From Flavobacterium sp. (GTDB lineage: Bacteria > Bacteroidota > Bacteroidia > Flavobacteriales > Flavobacteriaceae): a DNA stretch of 64,000 nucleotides. The stretch is taken from assembly GCA_044361155.1 (NCBI GenBank), contig JBIKJF010000011.1, positions 69 to 64,068 of the forward strand. Direction: 5' to 3'. Within the stretch, counting starts at the first letter, position 1, and every line of letters begins with the position of its first letter. Shown in pieces: positions 32,972 through 44,077 of this stretch. The notes under the pieces are model-generated. The model was given only the letters and a program-made list of their open reading frames with translations, did no database searches and was not told where the DNA came from. A program made the translations under genes and the position numbers.

Positions 32972-33973
32972 ATGAAAAAAACTAAATTGTATTTTGCCTT
33001 TTTTGGGTTTTTAATTTTTCCATTTACATATTCTTTTTCACAAACAATACAGCAGGCAAATGCTTTTATCAATGATGCACTATTTTATTCAGATAAATTT
33101 ATAACTCCTGCCACCGATGGTGTGGTTTATCAATCTTCTTCAGCATGGATTACTTCACCCAAAAAACGAAAAATGTGGGATGTTACACTCGGTATTCATA
33201 CCAATTTATTTTTTGTACCCAACAAGAATAGAGATTTTCAAATAAATAATTCTGATTTTTCTTTTTTTGAAATTGAAAATGCATCAACAGCAATGGTTCC
33301 ATCTGCTAATGGCGGTTCTGGACAAAATTTTTTAACTGGTGAAATTGCAGGTCAAGATATTCGAATAAAAGCACCTAATGGTGTGCGACAAGATGTTGTT
33401 TTTTATCCGCATTTGTCTGCAGGAGTTTCGGCGTGGTACGGAACAGAGGTTTTGTTAAAATATGCGCCAAAAACAAATTTAAAAAACGGTGATTTTAAAG
33501 TATTCGGATTTGGATTAAAACACAATATAGATCAATATTTTAAATCACTTGAAGCAAAAAAAATACATATTTCTGGACTTTTAGCCTATACAAAATCTGA
33601 TATGAACTTCGATTTCATAGATTCGAATTCTGACTTTGGAAGTATCGGAATCAATAGAATTTCTGCTTTAGTAGATACTTATCAATTTCAAGTAAATGCT
33701 TCAAAAGAGTTTAAACGATTAGAACTTATGACCGGAATTATTGCTAATACAAGTACTTTTGATTACAAACTTTCTGGCGATGTTGGATTTCTAGAAGCTA
33801 TTTTTCCTTTGCAAAGAACATTGAATAGTAGATTACAAGAAATTCAATCAAATAAAACAAATGTGATGGGTGAATTTTCGGGTAGATACCAATTTAGCAA
33901 AATTTATGTGCAAACTACAATTGCTTTTGGTAAATTTGTAAATTCAAATATATCAGTTCAGTACGAATTTTAA
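32972..33973 (+). CDS. Outer-membrane protein, DUF6588-like
   Basis: Signal peptide, GFGLKHNIDQY, beta-rich body, terminal YEF. Confidence 0.6.
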   Translation: MKKTKLYFAFFGFLIFPFTYSFSQTIQQANAFINDALFYSDKFITPATDGVVYQSSSAWITSPKKRKMWDVTLGIHTNLFFVPNKNRDFQINNSDFSFFEIENASTAMVPSANGGSGQNFLTGEIAGQDIRIKAPNGVRQDVVFYPHLSAGVSAWYGTEVLLKYAPKTNLKNGDFKVFGFGLKHNIDQYFKSLEAKKIHISGLLAYTKSDMNFDFIDSNSDFGSIGINRISALVDTYQFQVNASKEFKRLELMTGIIANTSTFDYKLSGDVGFLEAIFPLQRTLNSRLQEIQSNKTNVMGEFSGRYQFSKIYVQTTIAFGKFVNSNISVQYEF

Positions 33974-34001
33974 TTTTTTTTAAACATAAACACACAATAA
34001 A

Positions 34002-34934
34002 ATGAAAGTTACCATTGTAGGAGCAGGGAATGTTGGTGCTACGTGCGCTGATGCAATTGCTTACAGAAGAATTGCGAGTGAAATCGTATTATTAGACATC
34101 AGAGAAGGTTTTGCAGAAGGTAAAGCTTTAGATATTATTCAAACTCAAACAACTTTAGGATTCAATACAAAGGTTTCTGGAAGTACAAATGACTATTCAA
34201 AAACTGCGGGAAGTGATGTAGTAGTTATTACATCTGGAATTCCAAGAAAACCAGGTATGACTCGTGAAGAGTTAATCGGAATTAATGCAGGAATTGTAAA
34301 AGGAGTGGCTGAAAATTTATTAGCACATTCGCCAAATGCCATTGTTGTTGTAGTTTCTAATCCAATGGATACCATGACTTATTTGACATTAAAAGCAACT
34401 GGTTTACCAAAAAATAGAATTATCGGAATGGGTGGAACGCTAGATAGTTCACGTTTCAAAACCTATTTATCGCTTGCATTAAATAAACCAGCCAACGATA
34501 TTCAAGGAATGGTTATTGGAGGTCACGGTGATACAACTATGATTCCTTTAACTAGATTAGCATCTTACAACGGCGTACCAGTTTCAGAATTTTTATCTGA
34601 TGAAGAATTGGAAAAAGTAGCTGCAGATACTATGGTTGGAGGTGCAACTTTAACGGCTCTTTTAGGAACTTCTGCTTGGTACGCTCCAGGTGCTTCTGTT
34701 GCATATTTAGTAGACAGTATTTTAAACGATCAAAAGAAAATGATACCTTGCTCTGTTATGCTTGAGGGCGAATATGGTCAAAGTGACATTTGTATTGGTG
34801 TACCTTGTATTATCGGTAAAAACGGAATAGAAAAAATCGTTACTATTGAATTAAACGAAGACGAGAAAGCTAAATTTGCAAAGAGCGCAGACGCAGTAAG
34901 AGCTATGAATGCTGATTTGAAATCAATTTTATAA
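34002..34934 (+). CDS. mdh: Malate dehydrogenase (LDH-like)
   Basis: GAGNVG, GIPRKPGMTREEL, VSNPMD, GGHGD. Confidence 0.95.
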   Translation: MKVTIVGAGNVGATCADAIAYRRIASEIVLLDIREGFAEGKALDIIQTQTTLGFNTKVSGSTNDYSKTAGSDVVVITSGIPRKPGMTREELIGINAGIVKGVAENLLAHSPNAIVVVVSNPMDTMTYLTLKATGLPKNRIIGMGGTLDSSRFKTYLSLALNKPANDIQGMVIGGHGDTTMIPLTRLASYNGVPVSEFLSDEELEKVAADTMVGGATLTALLGTSAWYAPGASVAYLVDSILNDQKKMIPCSVMLEGEYGQSDICIGVPCIIGKNGIEKIVTIELNEDEKAKFAKSADAVRAMNADLKSIL

Positions 34935-34995
34935 AGCTTTAATAGTCAAAAATAGTTGGTAAAAATGCTTTAAAGCTTTGTATAATATAATGTTT

Positions 34996-35033
34996 AAAAA
35001 AGTTTATTGAAATTCGTTTCAATAAACTTTTTT
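34996..35033. terminator. Bidirectional intrinsic terminator
   Basis: Perfect AAAAAAGTTTATTGAAA-TTCG-TTTCAATAAACTTTTTT. Confidence 0.85.
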
Positions 35034-35187
35034 ATTAAATGGTAATTCACATTAAAAAAGTAAAATTCAAAAAATAATAACAATAGAAAAATACAAATCT
35101 AATTTCACTTTCTCTATTAATTAATATTATACTTGGGTTTAAGTTTTTGAATATTTTAATAAACTACAATTTAGTTTACACACAGAA

Positions 35188-35955
35188 TCATTCATAAACT
35201 ATATAACCTGCATTTGCTCTATAAATTGAATGATGTACCTTAAAATTATTGGTTCCAAGAACTTCCCTAAATGCTTTTGTTTCTCCAGGGAACTCGTGAA
35301 CATTTATTTCGTCAAAGGCAATAACCGCTCCTCGACTTAAGTAGGGTAGGATTTTTTCTAGACATTCTTTTGTTGGTTTGTATAGATCAAAATCGAAATA
35401 TACGAATGAAATTATACTTTCTTGGTGTTTGGTCAAATATTCGTCGATAGTTGTAATGGCATCACCTTTTACTAAAGTATGTTTTTTTATATTTGGTATG
35501 GGAGCCATTTGTTCATGAATGTTAATTACTTTTTCAAGATATAATTCGTAGTTTTGTGGAACTCCAAAATCCCCAGAGTCCCAATTTTCTGTATCTTTTG
35601 AACTGTCAACAGATGTAAAGCCCTCCCAAGTGTCAAATCCTATTATTTTCCTATTATGATTAAAAGGTTCATAAATTCCTCGCAAACTTGTTAGTAAAGC
35701 TATATTTTGACCATATCGAACACCAAATTCAACAATACTTCCGTGAATAGTTAGTATTTTCTGATACAATTCATTCATGTATAAAAAACGTGATAAATTA
35801 CGTCTATCAACAAACAATCCCATATTATTAAATAATTCTTCTTTTGGTATTGGAGTTTGCTCAAATAAATCTTGAAGTGCATTCCTTTTTTGGACATCAT
35901 CTTCATTATAAAAAGTATTTATCTTTACCTCACTTTTGGTATCAATCTTTTTCAT
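35188..35955 (-). CDS. TylF/MycF-family O-methyltransferase
   Basis: GSIVEFGV, GFDTWEGF, LVKGD, VYFDFDLYKPT, FDE...FPGET. Confidence 0.8.
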   Translation of the reverse strand: MKKIDTKSEVKINTFYNEDDVQKRNALQDLFEQTPIPKEELFNNMGLFVDRRNLSRFLYMNELYQKILTIHGSIVEFGVRYGQNIALLTSLRGIYEPFNHNRKIIGFDTWEGFTSVDSSKDTENWDSGDFGVPQNYELYLEKVINIHEQMAPIPNIKKHTLVKGDAITTIDEYLTKHQESIISFVYFDFDLYKPTKECLEKILPYLSRGAVIAFDEINVHEFPGETKAFREVLGTNNFKVHHSIYRANAGYIVYE

Positions 35956-36190
35956 TTATTTTGTTTTTATTAGATTGTTATCAAAACTACCAAATTAAAT
36001 TTATTTATTGCTGTTTAGTTGTAATTAGTTTAATTTTAGATTGATTAGTCTCAATAATAGGCAACTTTAGTGCATCTTACTATTTAGATTATTTGTTTGG
36101 TATAACGTGCTATGTTTCATAGTCTTCAGATTGCTTATATCTTTATTATTTTAAATAATTCCGTTTAGGAGAACAATACTACTGATAGAG

Positions 36191-37222
36191 TTACATTTTT
36201 TGATAACCAGATTCGCCATTTCGTTTAAGCTTGACTTTATAATTGTCGCAACGATCGCAACGATAAGTAGATTGCCAAGTAAGTGAAAATTCATGAACAC
36301 CCTGTGTATTGCCTATTCGGGAAGTATTGTAATCATAAGAATAACCAAATGTGAATTCACTAGATTTGAAAGATAGTACTGGGTTTAATGATGTAAGCAT
36401 ATGGCTATTTGATGTTTTCCCCTCGGGATTGATTGCAAAAATTAAACCAAAACTAAAACGACTATAATCCATAACTGTGCCTATGTCCAATCGATTATAC
36501 TCTCCTTGTCTCATGTAATTTCCTGTAATCAATAAGTTTGTCCCTTCTGGAATCAAAGAAGTGGGTGAATTCAAAAATTCATAATAGAAACCACCATGAA
36601 CTGTTAAAAATAAATCTAAGGGAACATTTGCATTTTCTCTAAATGAAATATCAGGTCTGTTTAAATGTTTTACAGCAGCACCAAACCAGGCATTTTCCTG
36701 ATCAAATACAAATCCAGCTGAAAAGTCAACAAAATTAATATTATTAGTAGTATTAAGAACCCCGGGATCGATACTTACAGGATTTATAGCACCAGTATTA
36801 ATATTAATTTGATCTTCCAATAAAAGGTTACTAAAATTAAAATCTTTTCTTCCATAACCAGCTTCCAATCCTAATCTAAGACGCCAAGTGTAATCTAAGT
36901 CAATTCTATAAGCAAAAGCACCGTTGAAGTTAAAATAATTATATCCTGTAAAAACTTCACTATGGTTCAATACTGATATTCCAACCCCAATTTCATCACT
37001 AATTAGGTTATTAGCAAAACCAAATTGAGTATCAATTCTTCGATTACCGTCAGGCCATTGTCTTCTATGTATAATTCCTGCATTCCATGTATTTGATATT
37101 CCTGTAAATGCAGGATTTAAAGTTTCGGGTACAAGATAAAATTGTGTGAATACTGGATTTTGTGCATTACTTATGCTAATAATCAAACATAAAGTCACCG
37201 CTAAGATAAATTTTAATTTCAT
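36191..37222 (-). CDS. PorP/SprF family T9SS membrane protein
   Basis: QNPVFTQFY...LNPAFTG, HRRQW, FGYSYDY, GVHEFSL; adjacent to a type-B CTD cargo gene. Confidence 0.92.
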   Translation of the reverse strand: MKLKFILAVTLCLIISISNAQNPVFTQFYLVPETLNPAFTGISNTWNAGIIHRRQWPDGNRRIDTQFGFANNLISDEIGVGISVLNHSEVFTGYNYFNFNGAFAYRIDLDYTWRLRLGLEAGYGRKDFNFSNLLLEDQININTGAINPVSIDPGVLNTTNNINFVDFSAGFVFDQENAWFGAAVKHLNRPDISFRENANVPLDLFLTVHGGFYYEFLNSPTSLIPEGTNLLITGNYMRQGEYNRLDIGTVMDYSRFSFGLIFAINPEGKTSNSHMLTSLNPVLSFKSSEFTFGYSYDYNTSRIGNTQGVHEFSLTWQSTYRCDRCDNYKVKLKRNGESGYQKM

Positions 37223-37233
37223 ATTATTTAGTG

Positions 37234-40200
37234 TTACTTAATTAAAACAAATGTTTGATTTTCATTTACAATAGTTCCATAGAATGTTTCTGCTGTTACT
37301 TTACTGTAATAGTTTCCGTTTTCAGCATTCAAACCTTTTATTTTGCCATCCCATCCTATAATTACATCTCCCTTCTCAGCATAAATAAGGGAGCCCCAAG
37401 TATCATAAATTTCCAATTGAACCTCTTTCAATCTTTTAGTTACTGGTCGGTAAGTATCATTTAAAGTATCGTTATTTGGAGTAAATGCCGTGGGTACTAC
37501 TAATAAATATCCCTTTTCAACTAGTAGAGTGATGGTTTGCACATATACACAACCAAAAGGATAAGTAACGGTTTGTGTTACTACATAATCTCTTGGGATG
37601 AGATAAGTGTGCACAGGGTTTAACTCAGTTGAAAATGTTCCATCTCCAAAATCCCAAGAAACTGATAAATAATCCCCTGTAATGGTACTATTGAATTGAA
37701 TTGGATCTCCGATGGAATAAATACCGTAGGTAGTATATCCGAAAGAGGTTGCTTCAAAAGAAGTATTACCAATTACAGGGTTGTCTACATCTACAGTATA
37801 ACTAGCTGAACAACCAGCACCATCTGTAACTGTTAGAATTACTGTCCCATTTGTTGTTGAATTCATTATTTGATTGTTCACACCACTTATATTTCCACTT
37901 GACCATTGGTATTGATAAGGGGGAAGGCCACCACTTGCTTGTGCCACAAAATTTTGAGTTACTTCGCGTGTTGTACAATCAAAATCTGTTTGGGTTGTAA
38001 CCGCTATTATCACTGGAGTAGGTCTGACTAAGGAATATTGACCCGAAATGACGCAGTTGTTAGCATCGGTTACTGTTACTAAATAATTTCCTGCATTCAA
38101 ATTGGTCAGGTCTTCTATTGTTGAACCATTTGACCAACTGTAATTGAATGGAGCAGTGCCACCCGATACAATTAAATTTATTGCTCCGCTATTAGCAATA
38201 GTACAATCTAGTGGATTAGTGATATTTGCTGAAAGTACCAAGGGTTGAGGCTGTATTATATTAAATGTTCTCACAATGAAACAAGGCGTGCCATCTGATA
38301 TTGTAGCTACATATGTTCCTGGAGCCAGATTATTTCTTATTAATCCTGCAGTACTACCATCACTCCATGTCAATGCTACCGGAGCAATTCCTCCTGTTAA
38401 ATTAAGATTAATACTTCCATTATTTGCGCCGAAACAAGTTACGTTTGTTACTATCGGATTTACGGTAAATATTGGTGCTTCTGGAATTATTATATTTTGA
38501 ACTTTACTACATCCTAAATTATCTGTTACAGTTATTACATAGGTTCCGGCAGATAGGTTTGTTTGGTTTAAAGTAGTAGCTAAGTTATTCCATTGGTATT
38601 GATATGGGGCGTTTCCACCCGATATTGTTGCGGTTATTGATGCATTGTTTCCACCAAAACAGGTAATTGGTGTTGTAGTAAAACTAACAATAATTTCAGT
38701 TGATTGTGTAATTATAACTACCAAATTTGCAGAACATCCTTGATTATCAGTAACTGTTAGATTGTAAGTTCCTGCTGCAATTGAATTTAAATTTTGATTA
38801 TTATTAGTAAAACCATTTGGTCCAGTCCAAGCATATGTGTAATCTAATGTAGAAGGGTTTGGTGTTCCTCCAACTACATTTATTGTAATAGCTCCTGTTG
38901 CTGTACCAAAACACAATACATTGGTTTGACTCACTAAACTTACCACCAAAAGCGGTGGCTCTGTTATAGTAAACGTGTCTGTTTTTGGACCGCAATTATT
39001 CACGTCTGTAACTGATACAACATAAGTTCCTGGTGTGAGATTAGAAATATCTTGAGTAGTGGCAAAAGGAACATTATTTTTTGTCCAAGTATAAGAATAG
39101 CTCCCTGTTCCACCGGATACCGAAATCGCAATGCTCCCATTTTCACTACCAAAACAAGTACTATCATCTTCATTATCAACTGTAACTACAATATCAGCAG
39201 GTTCACTAATGGTATAAGAGTTTGAAAATGGACAACCTCCAACATCATCAATACTAACATTATAAACTCCTGGTAATAAATTAGTAATATTCGCCGCGGA
39301 AGAAGTAAATCCATTTGGCCCTGTCCAATTTATTGAATAAGGAGGAATTCCACCAGTGATATTGGTAGTAATAGAAGCTGTATTGATACCAAAACAAGTA
39401 TTGTTATTAGCAACTACATTTGGATTAATAGCAGGATTTACAGTTACAGTAACTGTAAAGTTATCACCAGTACATACACCCGAAATTGGCGTAACTGTGT
39501 AAGTAACTGTTGCAGGACTAGTAGTGGAATTCACTAATGTCTGGCTTATATTGGTCTGGGGAGTGTTTTGAGCTGATGCTCCTGTTATGGAACCTGCGGG
39601 AGATATCGTTGGGTTTGACCAAGTATAGGTTGTGCCCGAAGGTATAGTATTTCCTGAAGCAGTAGTCGGAGTAATGGTAAAAGTAGTACTGCTGCAAATG
39701 GTAGTTATTTCTGGCACTATAACGGGATTTGGATTAATGGTTACCTCAGCAGGATTGGATACAATCAATGAGCAAGAACCTGATATAGCGGGAAAAGTAA
39801 CTTCACAGTAATAAAATGTTGTCCCAGTTGGAGTGGCTGGTGGATTATAAGTAGCATTTGTTGCCCCAGAAATTAAAGTTCCACCAATATTAGCACTAAT
39901 GGTGTTGGAATACCATTGATAATTTGGCGTACCTGCACCATTAGCGACGGTTAATGATAAAGTTGTAGGCGTTGCACCTAAACAAATAATACTAGATTGA
40001 GGTTGATTGACAATAGCAGGAGCCAAATTAACATTAACTGTTGCAATAGCGCTCGTTACATTACAGCCTATTCCTGCCGGTTGGGTTATTAAACAGTAAT
40101 AATACAAAGTGCCTGCAATGGTAGTTGAAGGTGTAAAACTATTGTTAGTTTCCCCGACTAATAAAGTACCCGCAGAAGTGTTATTAACTAATGAACTGAA

Positions 40201-43200
40201 CCATTGATAGGCATAAGTAGTACCAATTCCTCCAGAAGCTACTACTGATAATACTGTAGCAGGTGAGTTTTGACATAACGTTTGAGATGCCAATGGTTGA
40301 GTCACTATTATAGGGTCGTTAATCACATCAACTTGTGCTACGGTACTTGTTATTGAACCACATCCACTTCCGCTAAAACTAATCACCACGTAATAATAGT
40401 AAGTTCCTGATATGGTATAGATTGGTGGTGTGTACGATGGTGAATTTATTCCCACAGTTGTTCCACCTGTTGTAGAACTACTTGTATTGCTATACCATTG
40501 ATAACTCGCTGTTCCTGTTCCGCTAGTATAAGAAACTGTCAGCGGATTGGGTAAACTTCCTCCAATACATATGCCTTGATTTGGTATTGGTTGTTGATCA
40601 ATAGTTGCTCCAGGCGTTATTGTCACAACTGCAGTATTAGTAGATACTATAGCACAACTTCCTGATATTCCTGAAAAAGTGATAATACAATAATAATATA
40701 TCGTACCTACAGCCGTAGCTGGAGGGTTAAACGTTGGATTTGTTTCACCAGTTATTGCTACTCCAGTAGTAGTATCATTAACAGTATTAGAATACCACTG
40801 ATAGCTTGGAGTACCAATACCAGTAGTAAAAGTAAATGATAAAGGTGTAGGTGTACCACCAGTACAGACCGTACTTGATACTGGTTGATTAACTATAGTT
40901 GGGGAAGCATTTATTATTACAGTTGCCAAATTACTAGTAACACTACAACCTGGCGTAGACTGCGTAATTATACAATAATAATAAGTTGTCCCTACAGTTG
41001 TTGTAAGTGGGATATAAGTTGCACTATTTGCGCCCGGAATAGCAATACCACCAGTCGTATTGTTAGTAGTATTTCTATACCATTGGTATACAAAAGTTCC
41101 ATTTCCGCCAGATGCAGCAACTATCAAATTACTTGGAGTTGCTCCTTGACATAAGGTTTGCGATATGAGAGGTTGAGTAGTAATTATAGGGTCATCAAAA
41201 ACAGTGACTTGAGCATTATTGCTTGTTACAGCACCACATCCATTTCCTGATAAATTAACTATCACATAGTAATAAAAAGTTCCTGAAACAGTATAAACGG
41301 GAGGTAAATATGTTGCATTAGTTGCACCTGTTATCAATGTTCCACCTGAAGTTGAATTGGTAGAATTGGAATACCATTGATAGGTAGCCGTTCCTATTCC
41401 TCCTGAATAGGAAACCGATAATGGTGTTGGAATAGTTACTCCAACACATAAGTTTTGCGAAACTAAAGGTTGGGTTGTAACTGTTGGCAATGGAGTTATT
41501 GTGACTGTAGCTACATTAGAAGTTATATTTGAACATCCACCAGAGGTTAATGTAATAATACAATAGTAATATAGCACTCCAACTGCACTAGCAGGAGGAT
41601 TATAGGTGGCATTGGTTGCACCAGTAATCAAAGTTCCTCCTGTATTGGAATTAATTGTATTGGAATACCATTGATAAGTTGGTGTAACAGTTGAACTACT
41701 TAAAACTACAGACAATAAAGTAGGCGTTCCTCCCAAACAAACTGTGCTTGAAGCAGGCTGTGTAGTGATTGATGGAGCTGGATTAACAGTAACAACATAA
41801 TTAACGGGTGTCCCGATACAACCTCCCAATGTTGGCGTAATGACATAAGTAACCGTTCCAGGAGATGTATTAGTAGTAGTAATAGTCTGTACAGGTATGG
41901 TGTTAGTACCAGAGGATAAAAACCCAGTTATTCCTGCTGTGGATGTGGCTGTCCAGCTAAATGTGGTACCCGCTGGAGTTGCAGTTAAAGTAACTAATGA
42001 TGTTGATGAACCCGAACAAATGGTTTGACTTAAATTGGTGTTTGTAATTGTTGGTGCTGTATTTACTGTAAAAGTTCGTATAGCAGTACTGGAAGGACCA
42101 CATTCATTACTAACTATTAATGAAACAGTATATGGGCCACCTGCTGGATAACTAATAATTCCTGGGTTAGCGGTATTTGCCGATGATGGTGTACCTCCGG
42201 GGAAACTCCATGCATATGCTAATGTACTTCCTGTTGGCGCACAACTATTTACTGTTGCTGTTGGATTTATAGAAGCTGTACCACATGCATTTGGTATCGC
42301 TGCAATTGCTGCTGTTGGTGGTTTTTTTACGGTAACTGTTTGTGTTGTGTTAAAACTTCCACACGAATTAGTTACCGTTAATCTAATCAAATACGTTCCT
42401 GGCTCTGTAAAGTTATAGGATGCATTTGGTGCCGTTTGATTTGGAATAGTAGGTATTGTAGTTCCGCAAAAAGCAGGTGTGTACTGTACCGACCACACAT
42501 AAGTTGGCGGTGCACATTGATTTGTTAAAGTAGTAGTATTAGTTGCTGTTATCGATAAAGGTGTACATCCTGAATTTGTGTTTAATGTGAATTGAGGTGC
42601 TAATGGCGGTTCTATGCAGATTGTTTTTGTTTCAATATCTGCGCCACATTTATTACCTGTTTTTATTGTAATTGTATAGGTGCCTGGTTGAGTAAAATTT
42701 ATACATAATGGACTTGTACCAGATGTCCAAAGATCAGGATTATTACTTCCAAAATCGTTTCCAAGGGAACCTGATGTTACTGTAAATCCTATCGATGGAG
42801 AAATTGTCCACACAAACTTTGGGCTTGTATTACAATTACTACTACTTCCTAAGTTATCAAACGCACCTATTGATGTATTATTTAAACAAACTTGAGTATT
42901 TACACATGCAGAAGTTGGTAACGTAAAATTTGCAATGGGAGGTGTTGAAACATAAATTGGTACAACACCAATTGCCGACACTCCGCAAGGATTAGCTGCT
43001 ACAATATTAGCTGAAAATGAATTTTGGAAGGTAGTAGTACCATTAGAACTTGAAACTCCACAAGATGTAGTTAAAAACGTATGTGTTACTGATGGTGGTG
43101 GTGGATGACTAAAAATTTGGGATGCAGAACCATCATTGAAGGAAACAGTGTAGGTTGTCCCTGGAGGATTATTATTGGTACCTGTTATTGGAAATGTTAA

Positions 43201-43920
43201 AGGACTTGAACTACAAATATCCGTATTCCCCGGATTTCCCAATGAAACAGCCGGATTTGAACCAACAAATACAATGTAATTTTTTGTAATGCTACATCCA
43301 TTGCTACTTTGAATTGTATATACCAAGTTCCATAAGCCAACTTGATAAGTGTGCGTTAATGGTGTTGTCCATGTATTTGAGGTGAAATTTGGAGAACCAT
43401 CACCCCATGCAATTGTATAATTAGTATTCAATGTGGATGATGTGTTCGATCCATTAGTAAATGTAAAAGTAGAGACATTGTTATTGCATATTCTAAAAAC
43501 AGGAACTCCTCCAAAAGTAGTTCCAGAGCCTGTCCCATTAATTGTAGCATCTGGCTGCGGATTTACTGTTATCATAGCACTATTTGATACTGTTACTGTT
43601 ACGGGTGGTGTCGCCGAGTCCGTAACACTCACCAAAGCATAAGTAAAAGTTCCTGCAGTTGCTGTTGGAGCATTTAAAGTAACAACACTATTGGTTCCTG
43701 TTGTTGAAATTGTTTGATTTGCTCCGCCATTTATAGTATAAGTAAACGTATAAGGAGCTGTTCCACCACTACCTGTAAAAGTAATCAATGGGCTAGCGGC
43801 ATTTTGACAAACGGTAGTAGTACCTGCTATAGTAGCACTGGGCGGAAGAATTACCACATTGGCATGAGCAACACCCATATTTAAAATTAAATAAAAAATA
43901 AAAAAATATAAATGCTTCAT
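37234..43920 (-). CDS. Giant T9SS type-B adhesin (PKD, Ig-like and SprB repeats)
   Basis: Signal peptide; PKD (WGDG/WDFGDG); seven ~98-aa Ig-like repeats (39733-41781); SprB repeats (GGTAPFNYSWSNG...VTVTDANNC); CTD VPTAFTPNNDTLND...IYDTWG...WDG...GNY. Confidence 0.92.
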   Translation of the reverse strand: MKHLYFFIFYLILNMGVAHANVVILPPSATIAGTTTVCQNAASPLITFTGSGGTAPYTFTYTINGGANQTISTTGTNSVVTLNAPTATAGTFTYALVSVTDSATPPVTVTVSNSAMITVNPQPDATINGTGSGTTFGGVPVFRICNNNVSTFTFTNGSNTSSTLNTNYTIAWGDGSPNFTSNTWTTPLTHTYQVGLWNLVYTIQSSNGCSITKNYIVFVGSNPAVSLGNPGNTDICSSSPLTFPITGTNNNPPGTTYTVSFNDGSASQIFSHPPPPSVTHTFLTTSCGVSSSNGTTTFQNSFSANIVAANPCGVSAIGVVPIYVSTPPIANFTLPTSACVNTQVCLNNTSIGAFDNLGSSSNCNTSPKFVWTISPSIGFTVTSGSLGNDFGSNNPDLWTSGTSPLCINFTQPGTYTITIKTGNKCGADIETKTICIEPPLAPQFTLNTNSGCTPLSITATNTTTLTNQCAPPTYVWSVQYTPAFCGTTIPTIPNQTAPNASYNFTEPGTYLIRLTVTNSCGSFNTTQTVTVKKPPTAAIAAIPNACGTASINPTATVNSCAPTGSTLAYAWSFPGGTPSSANTANPGIISYPAGGPYTVSLIVSNECGPSSTAIRTFTVNTAPTITNTNLSQTICSGSSTSLVTLTATPAGTTFSWTATSTAGITGFLSSGTNTIPVQTITTTNTSPGTVTYVITPTLGGCIGTPVNYVVTVNPAPSITTQPASSTVCLGGTPTLLSVVLSSSTVTPTYQWYSNTINSNTGGTLITGATNATYNPPASAVGVLYYYCIITLTSGGCSNITSNVATVTITPLPTVTTQPLVSQNLCVGVTIPTPLSVSYSGGIGTATYQWYSNSTNSTSGGTLITGATNATYLPPVYTVSGTFYYYVIVNLSGNGCGAVTSNNAQVTVFDDPIITTQPLISQTLCQGATPSNLIVAASGGNGTFVYQWYRNTTNNTTGGIAIPGANSATYIPLTTTVGTTYYYCIITQSTPGCSVTSNLATVIINASPTIVNQPVSSTVCTGGTPTPLSFTFTTGIGTPSYQWYSNTVNDTTTGVAITGETNPTFNPPATAVGTIYYYCIITFSGISGSCAIVSTNTAVVTITPGATIDQQPIPNQGICIGGSLPNPLTVSYTSGTGTASYQWYSNTSSSTTGGTTVGINSPSYTPPIYTISGTYYYYVVISFSGSGCGSITSTVAQVDVINDPIIVTQPLASQTLCQNSPATVLSVVASGGIGTTYAYQWFSSLVNNTSAGTLLVGETNNSFTPSTTIAGTLYYYCLITQPAGIGCNVTSAIATVNVNLAPAIVNQPQSSIICLGATPTTLSLTVANGAGTPNYQWYSNTISANIGGTLISGATNATYNPPATPTGTTFYYCEVTFPAISGSCSLIVSNPAEVTINPNPVIVPEITTICSSTTFTITPTTASGNTIPSGTTYTWSNPTISPAGSITGASAQNTPQTNISQTLVNSTTSPATVTYTVTPISGVCTGDNFTVTVTVNPAINPNVVANNNTCFGINTASITTNITGGIPPYSINWTGPNGFTSSAANITNLLPGVYNVSIDDVGGCPFSNSYTISEPADIVVTVDNEDDSTCFGSENGSIAISVSGGTGSYSYTWTKNNVPFATTQDISNLTPGTYVVSVTDVNNCGPKTDTFTITEPPLLVVSLVSQTNVLCFGTATGAITINVVGGTPNPSTLDYTYAWTGPNGFTNNNQNLNSIAAGTYNLTVTDNQGCSANLVVIITQSTEIIVSFTTTPITCFGGNNASITATISGGNAPYQYQWNNLATTLNQTNLSAGTYVITVTDNLGCSKVQNIIIPEAPIFTVNPIVTNVTCFGANNGSINLNLTGGIAPVALTWSDGSTAGLIRNNLAPGTYVATISDGTPCFIVRTFNIIQPQPLVLSANITNPLDCTIANSGAINLIVSGGTAPFNYSWSNGSTIEDLTNLNAGNYLVTVTDANNCVISGQYSLVRPTPVIIAVTTQTDFDCTTREVTQNFVAQASGGLPPYQYQWSSGNISGVNNQIMNSTTNGTVILTVTDGAGCSASYTVDVDNPVIGNTSFEATSFGYTTYGIYSIGDPIQFNSTITGDYLSVSWDFGDGTFSTELNPVHTYLIPRDYVVTQTVTYPFGCVYVQTITLLVEKGYLLVVPTAFTPNNDTLNDTYRPVTKRLKEVQLEIYDTWGSLIYAEKGDVIIGWDGKIKGLNAENGNYYSKVTAETFYGTIVNENQTFVLIK

Positions 43921-44077
43921 AATTTTACAACAAGATTAACTTTATTATACTTATTTTTTAGCGTAAGATTTGTAGCTATATTTTTTTTAAGATAAGTAAA
44001 AAACAAAAAAAATCTATTTATGCAAATGCCTACAATGTTGTGGCTCTGCATGAAATAGTAACTACCAATAAAAAAAA

